Assembly: GCF_038025025.1 (NCBI RefSeq)
Contig: NW_027117349.1
Span: 1,240,001-1,304,000 of the forward strand
DNA from: Phyllosticta citribraziliensis
Taxonomy: Eukaryota
Direction: 5' to 3'
DNA: 64,000 nucleotides
The notes beneath the pieces are model-generated. The model was given only the letters and a program-made list of their open reading frames with translations, was not told the DNA's origin and did not search any database. Positions within the stretch are counted from its first letter, which is position 1. The number at the start of each line of letters is the position of its first letter. Made by a program: the position numbers and the translations under genes. Below, piece by piece: positions 11,961-24,101 of the stretch.

Positions 11961-13346
11961 TCAGTCCAGTGGAGCCTCAAACCACACGCCCTCAACTCCC
12001 GCTCCCAGCCCGTCAACTCCTCGGCACCGCCCGACGACCAGTGTGCCCCGACCCTCGACGCACTCAGCTTCATAGTCGCACGTCAGCGCGTTGGTGATGA
12101 CGCTGCGGCGTGAGAGCACGAACGCGAAGCCGAAGGGCGAGAAGTCGAAGCTGTTGGCATGCCCTTCTGCCTGCTCGTCTTCCATTTCCTCCTCGGCGTC
12201 GTATTCCCCGGCGTAGTCATAATCATACGTCTCTTCGTCGTTGTCGGCGACAAGGTCCGCGATGTATTGAGTGGTGGGTTGGGGGGTCGTGGTCGTGTGG
12301 GAGAGGAGCGACAGAGCCCACAGACAGCGTTTGAAGTATGCGTGCGCGACGCGGAAATAGTTGATGGGCGAGTGCGGTGTGGTGGGGAGGTGGTAGGCGA
12401 CGAGACCGGCGAGGAAGAAGAGCAGCGGTGTCTCTGGCGGGAATGGCAGTGGCTCCTGCGGTTGAGCGAGCGGACGAGGAGCATCCGGCGGGACCCCGTG
12501 CTCTTCGTTTGCTCTTGTTTGTTTGCTCGCTTGATGGCTCCAAAATTTGCGCTTTGCAGCTCTTCCGGCCTCTGCGGTAGTTGCTGGACCTGCTGCCTCG
12601 GCGCCTTCGACAGAATCGACTTCCGGTTCTTCAGAGGTGGTAGCCTGAGGTGCTCGAATGCTCCTCTCCCGCGTCAACGTTTTCGTTCCCCTTCTCGCGC
12701 TGATTTGTGCACGATCCACAGCGCCAGAGTTGGTGACAGACCACACCGCACCTGCGCGGATGAAGCGACCCATTGTCGTGATGGAGTTGGTAACAGTCGC
12801 CGCCTTGCCAATGTGTGGCGGAGGTCTCGTGTCTCTTTCAACATTCGTCCCGCTGGCACCTGCCAACTCAGAAACAGGAGTGCCGTTTTTCTTTGATGGC
12901 GCGATCCTAGCAGCGCCAGCGCGAATGAAGTCAGCCACAGTCGTCGTCGCCGATCGCGCTCTGCCGAGTCTGTTCCGCATAGCCGCACCATCGAGCGCAT
13001 CCTCGTCTTCAACAGCGCTTGCCTTCAGGCCCATCGATGCACTAACCTCGTCAAGGGCCTCTTCGATCGCTTTAAGCGCCAGGGCGTAATCGCCCAAGTG
13101 AAAACGCACTACGCCAAGGTTCGCCCACAGTTTGGCGCGCGAGATATGCGGTGTGCTGTCAGTCGAGGTGCGGCGCAGGATCTGCGCAATGAGCAGGGCA
13201 GCCGACGTCCAGTTTAAGTGATGAAAGAGGTGGGAGGCTTGTGTCCACAGCGCAAGTGCTTCGTTGCTGCTAAGCGGTGGTAAAGGGCGAGAACGAGGTG
13301 GTGTTGCACAGACCGGCGTCGGAGGAGGATTTTTGAGGCAGGCCAT
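11961..13346 (-). CDS. Divergent TPR protein resembling the p67phox/NoxR N-terminal TPR domain, with large low-complexity insertions
   Basis: 461-aa ORF. SSNEALALWTQA...LNWTSA, AKLWANLGVVRFHLGDYALALKAIEEAL, LLFFLAGLVAYHL...AHAYFKRCL and FDFSPFGFAFVLSRRSVITN align by eye to the p67phox/NoxR TPR blocks. Confidence 0.6.
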   Translation of the reverse strand: MACLKNPPPTPVCATPPRSRPLPPLSSNEALALWTQASHLFHHLNWTSAALLIAQILRRTSTDSTPHISRAKLWANLGVVRFHLGDYALALKAIEEALDEVSASMGLKASAVEDEDALDGAAMRNRLGRARSATTTVADFIRAGAARIAPSKKNGTPVSELAGASGTNVERDTRPPPHIGKAATVTNSITTMGRFIRAGAVWSVTNSGAVDRAQISARRGTKTLTRERSIRAPQATTSEEPEVDSVEGAEAAGPATTAEAGRAAKRKFWSHQASKQTRANEEHGVPPDAPRPLAQPQEPLPFPPETPLLFFLAGLVAYHLPTTPHSPINYFRVAHAYFKRCLWALSLLSHTTTTPQPTTQYIADLVADNDEETYDYDYAGEYDAEEEMEDEQAEGHANSFDFSPFGFAFVLSRRSVITNALTCDYEAECVEGRGTLVVGRCRGVDGLGAGVEGVWFEAPLD

Positions 13347-13618
13347 GTTGGGAAGACTGTTCTTGATACGAGAATTGGTTGACTGAAGAGTCGTTGCTGC
13401 TGAAGACGGGGAGCGAGAGGTTTATATTGTGGCTTACGCAGCCTGGACTTGCAACTTTGCTGGGTGGCACGACTAGCTTTGCGACGTGGATTTCCTTTGT
13501 CGCCGCGTCCTTGTGGTGTTTGGCCACGACAGAGGGCATCTCGACGATCGTGACAACGACACGGCCTCATGACGCAAAGCAGAAGACAACAGCTGAACGA
13601 GGAGTCAGCAAGAAGACT

Positions 13619-14134
13619 TCACTCCACTTTCCTCCTTGTCACTGCCATCATTTCATATGGCGCCAACCCGCAGTCTTCGATGATTTCGACCGGCGCAAAC
13701 GCGGGAAATTTGAAGCAGTCTTGGAAGTCTTCCCAGTCGAGTCGCGGTCCAAGCCAGACCACAACCGTGACTTCTCCATCTGCATGCGCGTCGAAATATC
13801 TCTTGATGAGTCCTGGCTCTCTGGGATAAACAAAGATCCAGGCTTGTGCTGCTTTGGCTCGTGGACAAATATCCCACGTGCCACCAACTTCCCACGTGGC
13901 CTCTTCAGGGAGGTATTTGTTGATTGACGAGTTGACTTCGACACCCTCCACGTGCAGAGCAGGGTCGTGTGCTTGAAGTTGAGCCTCGAAAAAACCGGAG
14001 CCGCTACCAATGGAGAGCGCTAGACAACCGTGAGCAGGAAGGAGCACGTCTAATTTTGACAGAAACGTGGCGGAAAGGCTCAGACAGCAGTCGGGATGAT
14101 GCCTTGGTGTTGAAGACAACATTGGGAGAGCCAT
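13619..14134 (-). CDS. Small SAM-dependent methyltransferase-like protein
   Basis: 171-aa ATG ORF with motif-I-like LSIGSGSGFFEAQL, then VEGVEV and WIFVYP. Confidence 0.7.
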   Translation of the reverse strand: MALPMLSSTPRHHPDCCLSLSATFLSKLDVLLPAHGCLALSIGSGSGFFEAQLQAHDPALHVEGVEVNSSINKYLPEEATWEVGGTWDICPRAKAAQAWIFVYPREPGLIKRYFDAHADGEVTVVVWLGPRLDWEDFQDCFKFPAFAPVEIIEDCGLAPYEMMAVTRRKVE

Positions 14135-15385
14135 GCTGCTTTGGTATCGTTGTGGCGTAACAAGCTATTGCGGCTTGGTCCGAATAGTGCCTTGTCCCGG
14201 CGCTAAAGGCTTGGACTTCGCCAGAAAATGATTTGAGATGACTGTGGTCTAGGCAAGTAATGAAGACAAGTGTTGGTGGATTTCCAAATAAGAATGCGTT
14301 GATTGGTTGGGTGTATTGGAAGAGGAGATGACGTTGAAAGAAAATTCGAATTGGTGTCACGTGAGTATGACCTTGAAAATCAAATCTGTCTGCGCGTGCC
14401 GCCGAGTGAATTGTCAGCTTACCAGGACGACAAGAATGTCTTCGTTTCGTGAAGATGACAAGCTGCAGCCCTCGGGCGTGTCCGCGGAGTCAGAGATTAG
14501 AAGCCACAACTTAGGCTCAAGGAACCAAAAAAGAAGACGTAGGAACGCTTTTAAAGCCCGCGGCGTCGCGCCTGATAATCAGCCAATAAAGCCGTCATGC
14601 GTACGGATTGGTATGGCATATACGGTTCAGCCGTTGACTCGGCTCTCAGCTTATTGTCCAACGAGTTGGAGTTGAATAAGCGAGAAGCAGCGTTGGAACA
14701 GTCCGCCAAGTATCGAATGAACCACGGGACTCGGGTCAGACAACCGGATGCTTCCCGAGGCAGATCCTATCGTCAAATCATCAATAAATGGAAGAATCAG
14801 AGATGGCAGTGTGGGGGACAAGTCGGCTTGGCAAGACCAGCGGTGGGCGAGGTTCGCTTAATCTCATGCTCGGTCCAAATCCATGGCATTGAAAGGAATG
14901 GACTCGTAACGCACACAGGATCTGTCGATGCGGTAAGAGGCCATGTTTTTCTGCTAGGTCGAGGTTCTTGCGGGTTGTTGACTGCGACGGGCGCGGAGCA
15001 GATATATGGAAACGGAAAAGCGAAGACGCCGCGAGGAGGCACAGGCTCGTAAAGGAGCGAATATCTAGAAGGTCGAGGTCGTGGGCAAGCGTGGTGCCAG
15101 TGGATCAGGTTGAGGCGGTGGGCGGCGGACGGCGGTAGACGGCGGTCCCGGGGTGGTTATTTTTAGGTTGAGAGGATCGGCTAGCCTAACCGCTTTGGGC
15201 AGGGCCGCTGACAGCGTCGTCAGATCGGCCGGGCCTCGCAGACGCAAATGCATCGACACTCCGACCACCACTCGTCCTCTACTCCTCCATACACCAAGGC
15301 TGACATACCCAGTCCGCACGCCCTCGTACCCGCACAGCCGTCGCCATGCCATCTCATCCCATGTGCGCCTGCCTCCGCCGCCCGC

Positions 15386-15387
<2 letters not shown>

Positions 15388-15420
<33 letters not shown>
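15388..15420. repeat. (GCC)11 microsatellite
   Basis: Read directly from the sequence. Confidence 0.95.
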
Positions 15421-16001
15421 TCCGCCGAGCGAGCTGGCGATTCTGGCCCGCAAACAGCGGTATAGCCTCACGTTGGTTGCATCCTGTCACCTTGTTTATG
15501 TTGCCAGCCAACGCATCCAACAAGCAAAAATAGTCCCAATTCGTCGTCGTAGTGCTTCTCTTTGTGCACCTGGGCCAACCTCAGCCCTACTTTCAAGCCA
15601 CTTCCTCGCCATGCCCCAAATCCTTCCGCTTCTAGTCAACTGGGCTTGCAATACTTATGGACTAGCCATCACTCCTTTTAGCGTGGCTTTGGTCCTCTCC
15701 GCACTCTGTACCACTCGCCTATCCGCCCCTGACTGATCTTCTGTCATTACCCGTACATTCGGCAAACTTCTTTGCCTGCTCCACCTTCTTTGACGATTCG
15801 GTTGTCACGGGATACTGTGCGTGCTTTCACAACTGCTTGATCGGCGTCCAGCATCATTTGCGCTCCCTCGACATGCAACCTTGCTCCGCTGCCACGCCCG
15901 CACCCTATCCGCTCTTGCCTACACCCGAATATATCAGCTATTCCGCCCAGCTGATGCTCCACTCTCCCGTGCTCCTTGCCCATGTCGGGTCTTCTGCCCG
16001 A

Positions 16002-16895
16002 ATGGACTATCCTCAACTTAATACTACCTCCGCCCGAGCTCAGACTCCATCCACTGCATCGATACCCTACCCTTCTGGCACCCGAGCAGGACCTCCTCTT
16101 ACTTTAAACGTCCCCCACGGAGAAAGAAGAAGAAGACCCGGCTTTCTACCATCTCCCCAAACTGTCTCGCAACGCTCCATCTCGCTTGACAAACCTCTTC
16201 CAGCCATTCCTCGCTCGGCCCCTCCAACACAGACCTCTTATTCACGAACTCCATCAAGCAACGCTTCCATGTCAAGCGGTCGAGACTGGCGACCTTCACC
16301 TTTGAGGGTGCCTAGTAGGCCTGGCACCTCCGCTATTCCCGCACACGATACTCCGCCTTCACAGCCCGCAGACGACTCTCGAAGACCAAGCCAGGCGGAA
16401 TCAGCAAAGAGTCCTCCACACACTTATGCTGGCGCACCTTGGGCAGACTCTCCCCCACGTGCGAACCGCGGACGAGATAGCCAAGGCAGAGCCCGAAGTC
16501 AAAGCGAAACCTTCGAGGATCTCAATGAACTCCACCAATTTGCCGAAGCAACTTCTGGCTTTGAGCCATTTTCGCCGTTGCGCGGACCTCAGCATCCTAC
16601 AAACTCGGTCTACAGCGAGCACCATGGTCCACGCATTTCGTCACAGCCCTCCTTGCCCACCTATGAGCAGGTGGACCCTCCCAACAGGAGCCTGACTTCT
16701 TCCCAAGCCCTGGCAGAGGCTCTGGCCGAAATCGAAGCCGAAGAGCGACTCCGCGCAGAACGAGGCGACGAGCTACCTGATTACGCACAAAGCCAGTGGG
16801 AAGCACAAAGCAAAGCTAGGAGGGCTGCCGCGCAGCGCGCAGCTGAGCTGGAGAGACAGTGGGTTGAGGCGAGAATGAGGCGACCAAGCCAATGA
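16002..16895 (+). CDS. Pro/Ser-rich hypothetical protein with PY-like motifs and a C-terminal helix
   Basis: Part of ORF 15837-16895; likely ATG at 16002 (MDYPQ). Contains LDKPLP, LPTYE and DELPDYAQSQ...AAQRAAELERQW. Confidence 0.7.
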   Translation: MDYPQLNTTSARAQTPSTASIPYPSGTRAGPPLTLNVPHGERRRRPGFLPSPQTVSQRSISLDKPLPAIPRSAPPTQTSYSRTPSSNASMSSGRDWRPSPLRVPSRPGTSAIPAHDTPPSQPADDSRRPSQAESAKSPPHTYAGAPWADSPPRANRGRDSQGRARSQSETFEDLNELHQFAEATSGFEPFSPLRGPQHPTNSVYSEHHGPRISSQPSLPTYEQVDPPNRSLTSSQALAEALAEIEAEERLRAERGDELPDYAQSQWEAQSKARRAAAQRAAELERQWVEARMRRPSQ

Positions 16896-19800
16896 GGATC
16901 TATTTACAGCACGGCGTTCTGGGGATACTGCATACCAAAAGCATTTTGGTGTTTGAGATGCATTTGAGCATCAGGCATTCGCTTCCGGGATCATGGGCGA
17001 CTCTTGTTTTGTATTTTCGCATAGCATTTCGGCGCCGTATACCCTCACTCTCGTTTTTAGAATCATATCACATGCAATTCTTTGCAAGGGCACAATTTTC
17101 TTCTTCCAGTTCTCGACCGTTGTACAACCAACAACCACTCCCGTCATGCGGCGTAACCAGTGCGCACCCTGCCTTCGACACCCCGGCTCCAGCCCTACGC
17201 CCTGGTCAGTTAGGCGAGACTCGAATCTAAAAGAAGGAGAACACGTTTGCTGCCGCCACCAAGAACTGCACCACGCGTGCCCTCGCATAATGCCTTGCTG
17301 CTTCGTTACTTCCTTGGTCTATCTTTGCCACGAGATGGTACGAGGCAGCTTACGCCACACACCTCACCAGCAGCGCTCGACGCCATTCCCGGTTTTGCCA
17401 TCGTCGAGCAGCCCCTCAAACCTCCAAGCGAGACGGATCCCTGCACCAAAACAAAACCACAAGTCTCAACACCAAGTCTGACGGAAAAAACAGGCAGCTG
17501 CTCTGGAACTCTGGTTTTCGTTAGTGCAATGGAACGTGGTATTCCTGACGCTTGGCCGCAGAGACTTGCGACCGTCCAGATGCCGAAGGCCGGAGAAGCC
17601 TCCACGATACGCAAAATGCTCGTCAACGCTGCAACCGCCCCACGGCCACAACCAGCTCCTAAGCCAAAAAGGTCAGGGATGACTGGCTGGTTGGAGAAAA
17701 AAGAACATTGTTCCCACATGCCGTCCTTGCCTTACTCGCATGAACCCCACGACTCTCCGCTGTCCAGCAAGGTGCCCCTTGTACGACCCTGGATTCCACC
17801 GCATCATGGCTGCACCTCACCACTCTTTGCATCTTCACGACACAGCTTGGACAAATCGCCACCTCTTTTCTCTCGCATTCTGCATATTTGCCATCAGCCA
17901 CGAGCATCTCACCGCCACGCATGCATGCTCCCGCTTCGCATCCCGCGTCGCATTCACAAACGTCTGTAACGCAGTCGACCCAGTGAGACAGCATACGCCC
18001 GTACACACAACCACAACACCACCAACACACGGACCTAGGCCCGGGCCTACCCACCCTGTGAAGACCTGGCCCGCGTGCGGCTCGGCCGCCACTCCCGGCT
18101 CCGGCTGTGGCACCTGCGTGCCCTGGCCCCCAAATCCCCAGAGCACTGGACATACCTTATCCAGGGCTCCGAGAAAAACTCTCACGATGGTCCCGTCTGC
18201 AACTCCTACCTGACCGGATGCAGGGATGTCATCTTGGGCTTCCAGAGGCAACGGACAACACGGCAAACCCACGGATGACAAGTTCGGCTTCGGCATTTTG
18301 TTCAAGCGCACACCGCCGCCACCACCACCGGCAAACCCTCAGGCATACTGATTGCTTACTTTGGACGCTAGAAGGTCTTGCTTCACCTTATCACTTGCGC
18401 TCATCTGGCTTCCCGACCGTACTTCTCACCCCCTTCTCGCGTTCGGATTCGGATCTCGCATCCCCCTCTCCTCGTCTCCTCCTTTTCTCCCTCAAGTTTC
18501 TTTTCCCCTTGTGCGACACGGCCGCCACTTTTGTGCCCAAATCCGCAGATCGCGTGGTCGCCGCCGCCGCCGCTGCGGCTCCATTCAATGACGATGTCGT
18601 GAGCCACACCAAGTGCCCGCACGCTGCGGAGCTGCCCACTGAGCGCCGGCGCCCTGCATGGGTTTGGACGATATGGATGCCATGAAGTGGACTGCCAATC
18701 CCGACACAATTCTTCTCCGACCCGGTCGCGGTCCCGTTCCCCGGTTGTGGTGCATGCATGCAGTTCGCTTGAAGGATTTGCCCGCGTGGTGCGGATACTA
18801 AAAATAGGGTCTGACGTACCTGGGGACCTGCGCGGTGAAGACTGTCATGTGGACTGTGCTTTTGGATGTATGTTTGGAATTTACCGTGAGAATATGGAAG
18901 CAAGAGGAGAATCAGCTTCGAATGTTGGCGGAGGTCAGCAGTCTCAGTGCACACTGTCGCGACACACGGAGCACCACAAACTTATGGGGTATGAAAATGC
19001 TTCATCAGTCTATCTCAATCGGTCGGAGGAAGATGAATACCTCTATCCGTCTCTGCACTTGGACACGCCGATCAGTCTTCTTTCTCTTCGCCTCTTACTA
19101 GGGGTAGGCTTTTCACAACCCATCGGATGCTGAGACCGGCAAGTGGAAGCCAAAAGCGAGCCTTGACCAGCAAGACACTCGCATGAAATTTTGAGCCGGC
19201 AGGGTGATCATGACCGAATCGACGAAGGGGCGAAAAATGCCCTGGACCATCCAGTGGCCAAACAACAGCGAAAATTTTGAAGTATCGTGGAGAACTCTCG
19301 GGGAACACACCAAGGAAGCGGTGTCTCAACGACGACGCTCGCGCTCTCATGGCCCGACGCTTTGTAATGCCAGGGAACATGGCGAACGTTGCCACAAAAA
19401 CTGAAACCTAAGCACTGGGCTGGTTGCAAACGGTGATCCCGAATCCCAATCTAGGATTGCAACATGCAATTTCGCAAATTCCCATGGTCAAGCAGATTAT
19501 CCCCGTCAATGTCCATCCGACCAGCCGTTCGCCCGCAAAGCCTACCTCTCCACCAGCTGCCCTGTGCCGCGCGATCAGCACCCTCCCATCACTACTTGAG
19601 AACTGAAGTTCTCCACATGGAGGCCCCTTACAACGGGTGCACAAACCGGCCGCACTCGACGGCAAAGACGGAAGCTTTGTAATGCCATGGTTGTACGGCT
19701 TACTCCAAGTGGCAGTTCCACATGCCCCAAGATCCATAGTCGCCTAGGGCAGAGATTGGACCGCGATCTTGCTAAAGAAAGAATCTGGCATTTTGTACTG

Positions 19801-21915
19801 CTTGTCCAATGGGAAAGGAGTCAGTACGACACAGAGAAAAGGGTATTGCGAGACAAGACGAGTCGTGGCTCTGGCCGTAGATGCCGATCCAAGACGAGCC
19901 TGGCTGACATCTGTCGCCGTCGCTTCTGTCTACTGTCTACGTGGGACTTACAACAGGAATCTGTCGAAAATTAGAGCGAGAGGGGCGTCATATCCATGTC
20001 CAGAACTTTGCGTCCGCCATGTTTTCTTGAAAGCGACGGCACATTGCGCATCCATCGCGGCGATTGGGATTTTTCTGGTATGCCCCGACGCCTTTGTTGT
20101 CTATGTTTAGACAGCAACAACAGACGGGCGCCCTTCTTTGTTATTTTTGTGTTGACACGTCCCTGGGACGACACAATGCCCTTGGCAATGCTTTCATCGG
20201 GGCACATGGGAGCATCGACGTGGCAAAATGGCCATGGAGTCAGTGACGACGGCAAAGTTTTGGTGATCACAGCTGGGGGGTACACAGAACCGTAACGGCA
20301 ACGACAAGAAAACATCACGCGCCCAACAGGAGTAAATGAGCAGTCAAACGTTCTGGGGCTACGAGCACACCGACCACTCAGGCCTCCCCCAGTGATTGCA
20401 ATCGAAAGCATTCAACCACCAGGTCAAAGAGCCTGCAGTACCGTGTGCCACCACTTTCTGCGCAAATCCTGCGCCGCACAGCGCATTTCTGGAAACATCC
20501 ACGTTGAGCCACGCGCGGCCCCTTTGAGCTCTGGGCGCGTCTCGATGGAGCGTCAAAGGATTGGAAGGATTCCTTTTTTTCGTCTTGATTGCTGCAAGAG
20601 GCACGAGCGGAAGCACAAAGAATCCCTCCCCTCCTTTTTGCATTGCTCGCATTCATGGAGTTGGTTACTCGGCACTCGGAGCAATTCGGTGTATCAGGGC
20701 AGATCAAGGAAAAGCAGCATTCCCATCCTTCGTCATCAGTCTCTCTGCAGGGCATGATCCTCCTGCTCTCATCACAGTATTGCTGACGGAAGCTCACGTC
20801 TGGTCCGGTCGTGTTACGTCAGCTCGGTGGGAGTTATTTCTGCGGCGGTCACCGGTCTCTCGCTGAGAAGACCTGACGACAGAAATTGTTCCAGTGTCAA
20901 ATTTGGAGTCGGTGAACTCGGGTCCCGAGATTGATTGAGTGTACTGTAGATGCGACGCGCGCCATGCCCCGGGGCTGTGAGCTGTCTTTGGGAGCGCGCA
21001 GTGTTGGCATTTTGGCCTTCTGGCTGGCCAAGCAACTCGGGCTGCACGCTGACCGTGGGAAGTGTTTGCGACGCAGCAATGCCATTGACTGAGAAGAGTC
21101 CTACAGCGATTATCTCTGCCCGGAACAAATCATGCGCGCAGGAGAGCACATCGAGAACTGCACTCTGTGGAGGTTGGATGCAAAGTACTGGGGTCAGGAG
21201 AAACATTTTTAGCCCGCAACGCTGCAGTGCAGTGGAAAACCATCGCTGGTTGACGGCGATGCGGTAAAGATTGTCACTCATGGCCGCCGTGACAAGCCTG
21301 AACAGAGTTCATGCGCCGCGACTCCGGAGGTCCACTGCCCACGCTGCGTCGATCTCGAGGAAAGTCTCCCAGGCCTTGAACAAACATCGGCGACCCCGAG
21401 CGGGTCTCCGGGACAGTCGCTCTCGATGGTGCGATTCACTCTTTGGGAGGGATCGAGAGCCCCTGAATGGTCTCTGTTGGCTGCAAATCCGGCGGTTCCG
21501 AGCCTGAAACCTCGTGCAGAACCCGCAAAGACCCATATTTCGAACGTCAACATTGCAAAGGGGCATCGAAGGAGAAATGCTTTGGAATTCCACACCGATG
21601 ACCCAAACGGATGGAATTAGAAACCTCACGGCTCATCACTTTTAGATCAACAACAGTTTTGGCACTCGGTTAGACGCGATTGAAGAAAGAAAATAGGAAG
21701 TGGAGATTGCGAAAGACTTGCATGCTATGAAACAGGAAACTTACCTCATTCAGGACCTACCTGTGGCGCTTGAAGGATTCACGACCGAAATGGCGGTGAC
21801 AGAAATCTTCCTAACGGGCCGGCCGTCGTTGAGATGCCCACGACTAACCTACCAATCCAAAAATAGAAGCAGAAAAATCGCGCCCTGGATTTGTTGCTCT
21901 CCATCAACGAGTCTC

Positions 21916-23070
21916 TCAGCCGGACCTGCGGCAAAGTCGTTTGCTCTGCGGAACTGCAAGACTTTCCTCCTCGACTTTGTCGTTGCAGTCGTGGTCGTCG
22001 TCAGAGTCCTCCTCTAGGTCGCACAATGCCGTAAATGGCCTTTTGGATCCCATCGCCCTGCTATTATGTACCAGCGACACCTTCTTCCGCGACCTCTCCC
22101 AGAATACCAGATCATCTTGGACGACGCAAAGCAGCGACTCTCCACTCCAAGTCTCCTCGCGAAACCAGCCCGCGATCCAGTCTATGGGTACGAGCTGCCT
22201 GTAGTACCCGCCGGCCTGTTTCTTACCGACTTCCTCTGCCCACGTATTCCATACCAGATGGCCAGGCGGACAAAGCTTCTGATCGCACGCCAGAATGACG
22301 CCGCCAAACGCCTCCGACTCCCAACTCCAGCCCAACTCGCAGTCGGGGTCATCGATATGGAACCACTCTTCCGGCTGCAGAAAGCCCCGCCGCATGGCGG
22401 CGAAGCAGTGCGTCAGCTCGTGCACAATGGTGGCTGCAAAGGAGAACGAGAACCTCAGTTGCTCCTCCAGGGATGCGTCGACGAAACCCTCTTCGGCAAA
22501 GTACCGATACTGGTCGTGCAAAAAGACCTGGCAGGCGTTGCGCGGTCCCGACGCGGCGAATAGAGGATGCAGGGGCTGCGGCTCGTGGTCGTTGAGGAGG
22601 GTGGTTCGCGCGTATGAGAAGTCGCCTTTGCCGGTCCAAACGTCAAATGTCCAAAGAACGAGCGTTGACAAGCTATCGATTGCGTCGCTGGTAAGTTGCT
22701 CCTGTCTCTCAGTATAGTTTCCGGTCTTCTCGAGATAATTCTCCGCCTCGCCTTTTCTGTTCTTTTGCTTCAAGACCCGTTTTCCGTACCCTACGTGCAC
22801 CCACCAATGGAGGAGATGTTTTGCCTTCAAAAGGCGGCTGGCAAGACGCAACCCTAGATTGAGGTTACGGTAAGCCTTCTTCGAAAGCATGGGAAAGTTC
22901 TTGTGCTTAAATACGGGGTGGATCTCTCCAGAGAGATTCGGCAAGAGATGGGGGCTGACCTTTACAAGGCCTCGGAGGGAGGGATCGTTCCTGATGGCTT
23001 CTTTGACGAGTCCGGGAATGGGCCAGGGCCTTTGCGCTTTCTGGTTTGCGTCCAAGCATGATCGATCCAT
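21916..23070 (-). CDS. Hypothetical zincin-like metalloprotein (HExxH)
   Basis: 384-aa ATG ORF. ATIVHELTHCF is followed ~20 aa later by ELGWSWESEAFGG (candidate third ligand Glu). No evident signal peptide. Confidence 0.75.
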   Translation of the reverse strand: MDRSCLDANQKAQRPWPIPGLVKEAIRNDPSLRGLVKVSPHLLPNLSGEIHPVFKHKNFPMLSKKAYRNLNLGLRLASRLLKAKHLLHWWVHVGYGKRVLKQKNRKGEAENYLEKTGNYTERQEQLTSDAIDSLSTLVLWTFDVWTGKGDFSYARTTLLNDHEPQPLHPLFAASGPRNACQVFLHDQYRYFAEEGFVDASLEEQLRFSFSFAATIVHELTHCFAAMRRGFLQPEEWFHIDDPDCELGWSWESEAFGGVILACDQKLCPPGHLVWNTWAEEVGKKQAGGYYRQLVPIDWIAGWFREETWSGESLLCVVQDDLVFWERSRKKVSLVHNSRAMGSKRPFTALCDLEEDSDDDHDCNDKVEEESLAVPQSKRLCRRSG

Positions 23071-24011
23071 TTTGTCGACTTACCTCACAGGACCTGCCTG
23101 TAGCTGTGTTGTGGATGGAGCGAAGTGAAGGCGAAAAAAGTTGACAAAGAGAGAAATATGCAAGCGATGGACAAGCGCCTGGCTCGGTGAGTTTTGCCTT
23201 CTGTAAAGACAAGGCACTGCCGCGTTGATATACGTCAAGGGTTTGAGAGTCCCTTTGTCCGCATTGTTCATGATGTTTCTGCATTGTTCAAAGCTCTCAA
23301 AGGACGAGCAACAAAGGATGGAAGGCTGAAAAAATTGTCGGTGTCAAAGAAGAACAATGTCCCCTCGGAATCTTGTGAGTTGAGCGCTGAAACTGGTAGT
23401 CCTTAGCTCCAATATCGGCGTCGAAGAGTGGCAAAGAAGACCGTTGGTAGCCCCTCTGGTAGGTTGACTTCCAATTCTTTACAAATCGGACCTCGAAGAA
23501 CTTCCTGTCGTCGATTGAGCATCTTCTGGTCAAGATTGCAGCGCCGCCGGCCAAGGCCGTCTCGATATCGTCGCTTGTCCCAAGGAGAGTGTTTTGCAAA
23601 TTCCGCATTGCGCCGTCGGTATCGAAATGTCCAGGAAGACGCGTTAGCAAAAGACACAGTCGATTGGACCAGTATATTGTGGATAGGACGGTGTCGCTAT
23701 GCAATCTCCAGACAGAGAACAATGGATTGGTGTTCCTTTGTCGTGTCACGGCGTCTCCCTCTCAGGAACAGCGCGGAAGCTTTGGCCTCCTGTTAAGCGA
23801 GATCCGGGACCTCCTCCGTCCTCCTCCTCCCGGAACCTCAACCAAGACTCTCCGCTCCGCACCTCCTCGTCTGACCCGGTACACTATGTCCACTGCCTGC
23901 CAACGCATCGCCCTGCTGATTTTTGGCACGCAATTGGCTCAAGCCTGACAGACTTATCGTGGCTGTCGCCGCTGGCCCTGCTGGTGCTGCTGGCGCCATT
24001 GACTGACTGTC

Positions 24012-24101
24012 TGGGCTCTTCGCCTTTGCCGACGGCAGCGTCAGAAATGGTTGGATGGGCTCTTCGCCTTCTTAGCCGACGGCAACATCAGAAATGGTTG
24101 G
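24012..24101. repeat. Two-copy tandem duplication (43 and 46 nt)
   Basis: tgggctcttcgcctt(t/ctta)gccgacggca(gcg/aca)tcagaaatggttgg at 24012-24054 and 24056-24101. Confidence 0.9.

Noticed and set aside
15065..15736. Poly-Pro/Arg/Gly ORFs
   Set aside because: Produced by the (GCC)n microsatellite.
24012..24101. CRISPR-like repeat
   Set aside because: Only two adjacent copies with no spacer, in a eukaryotic context.
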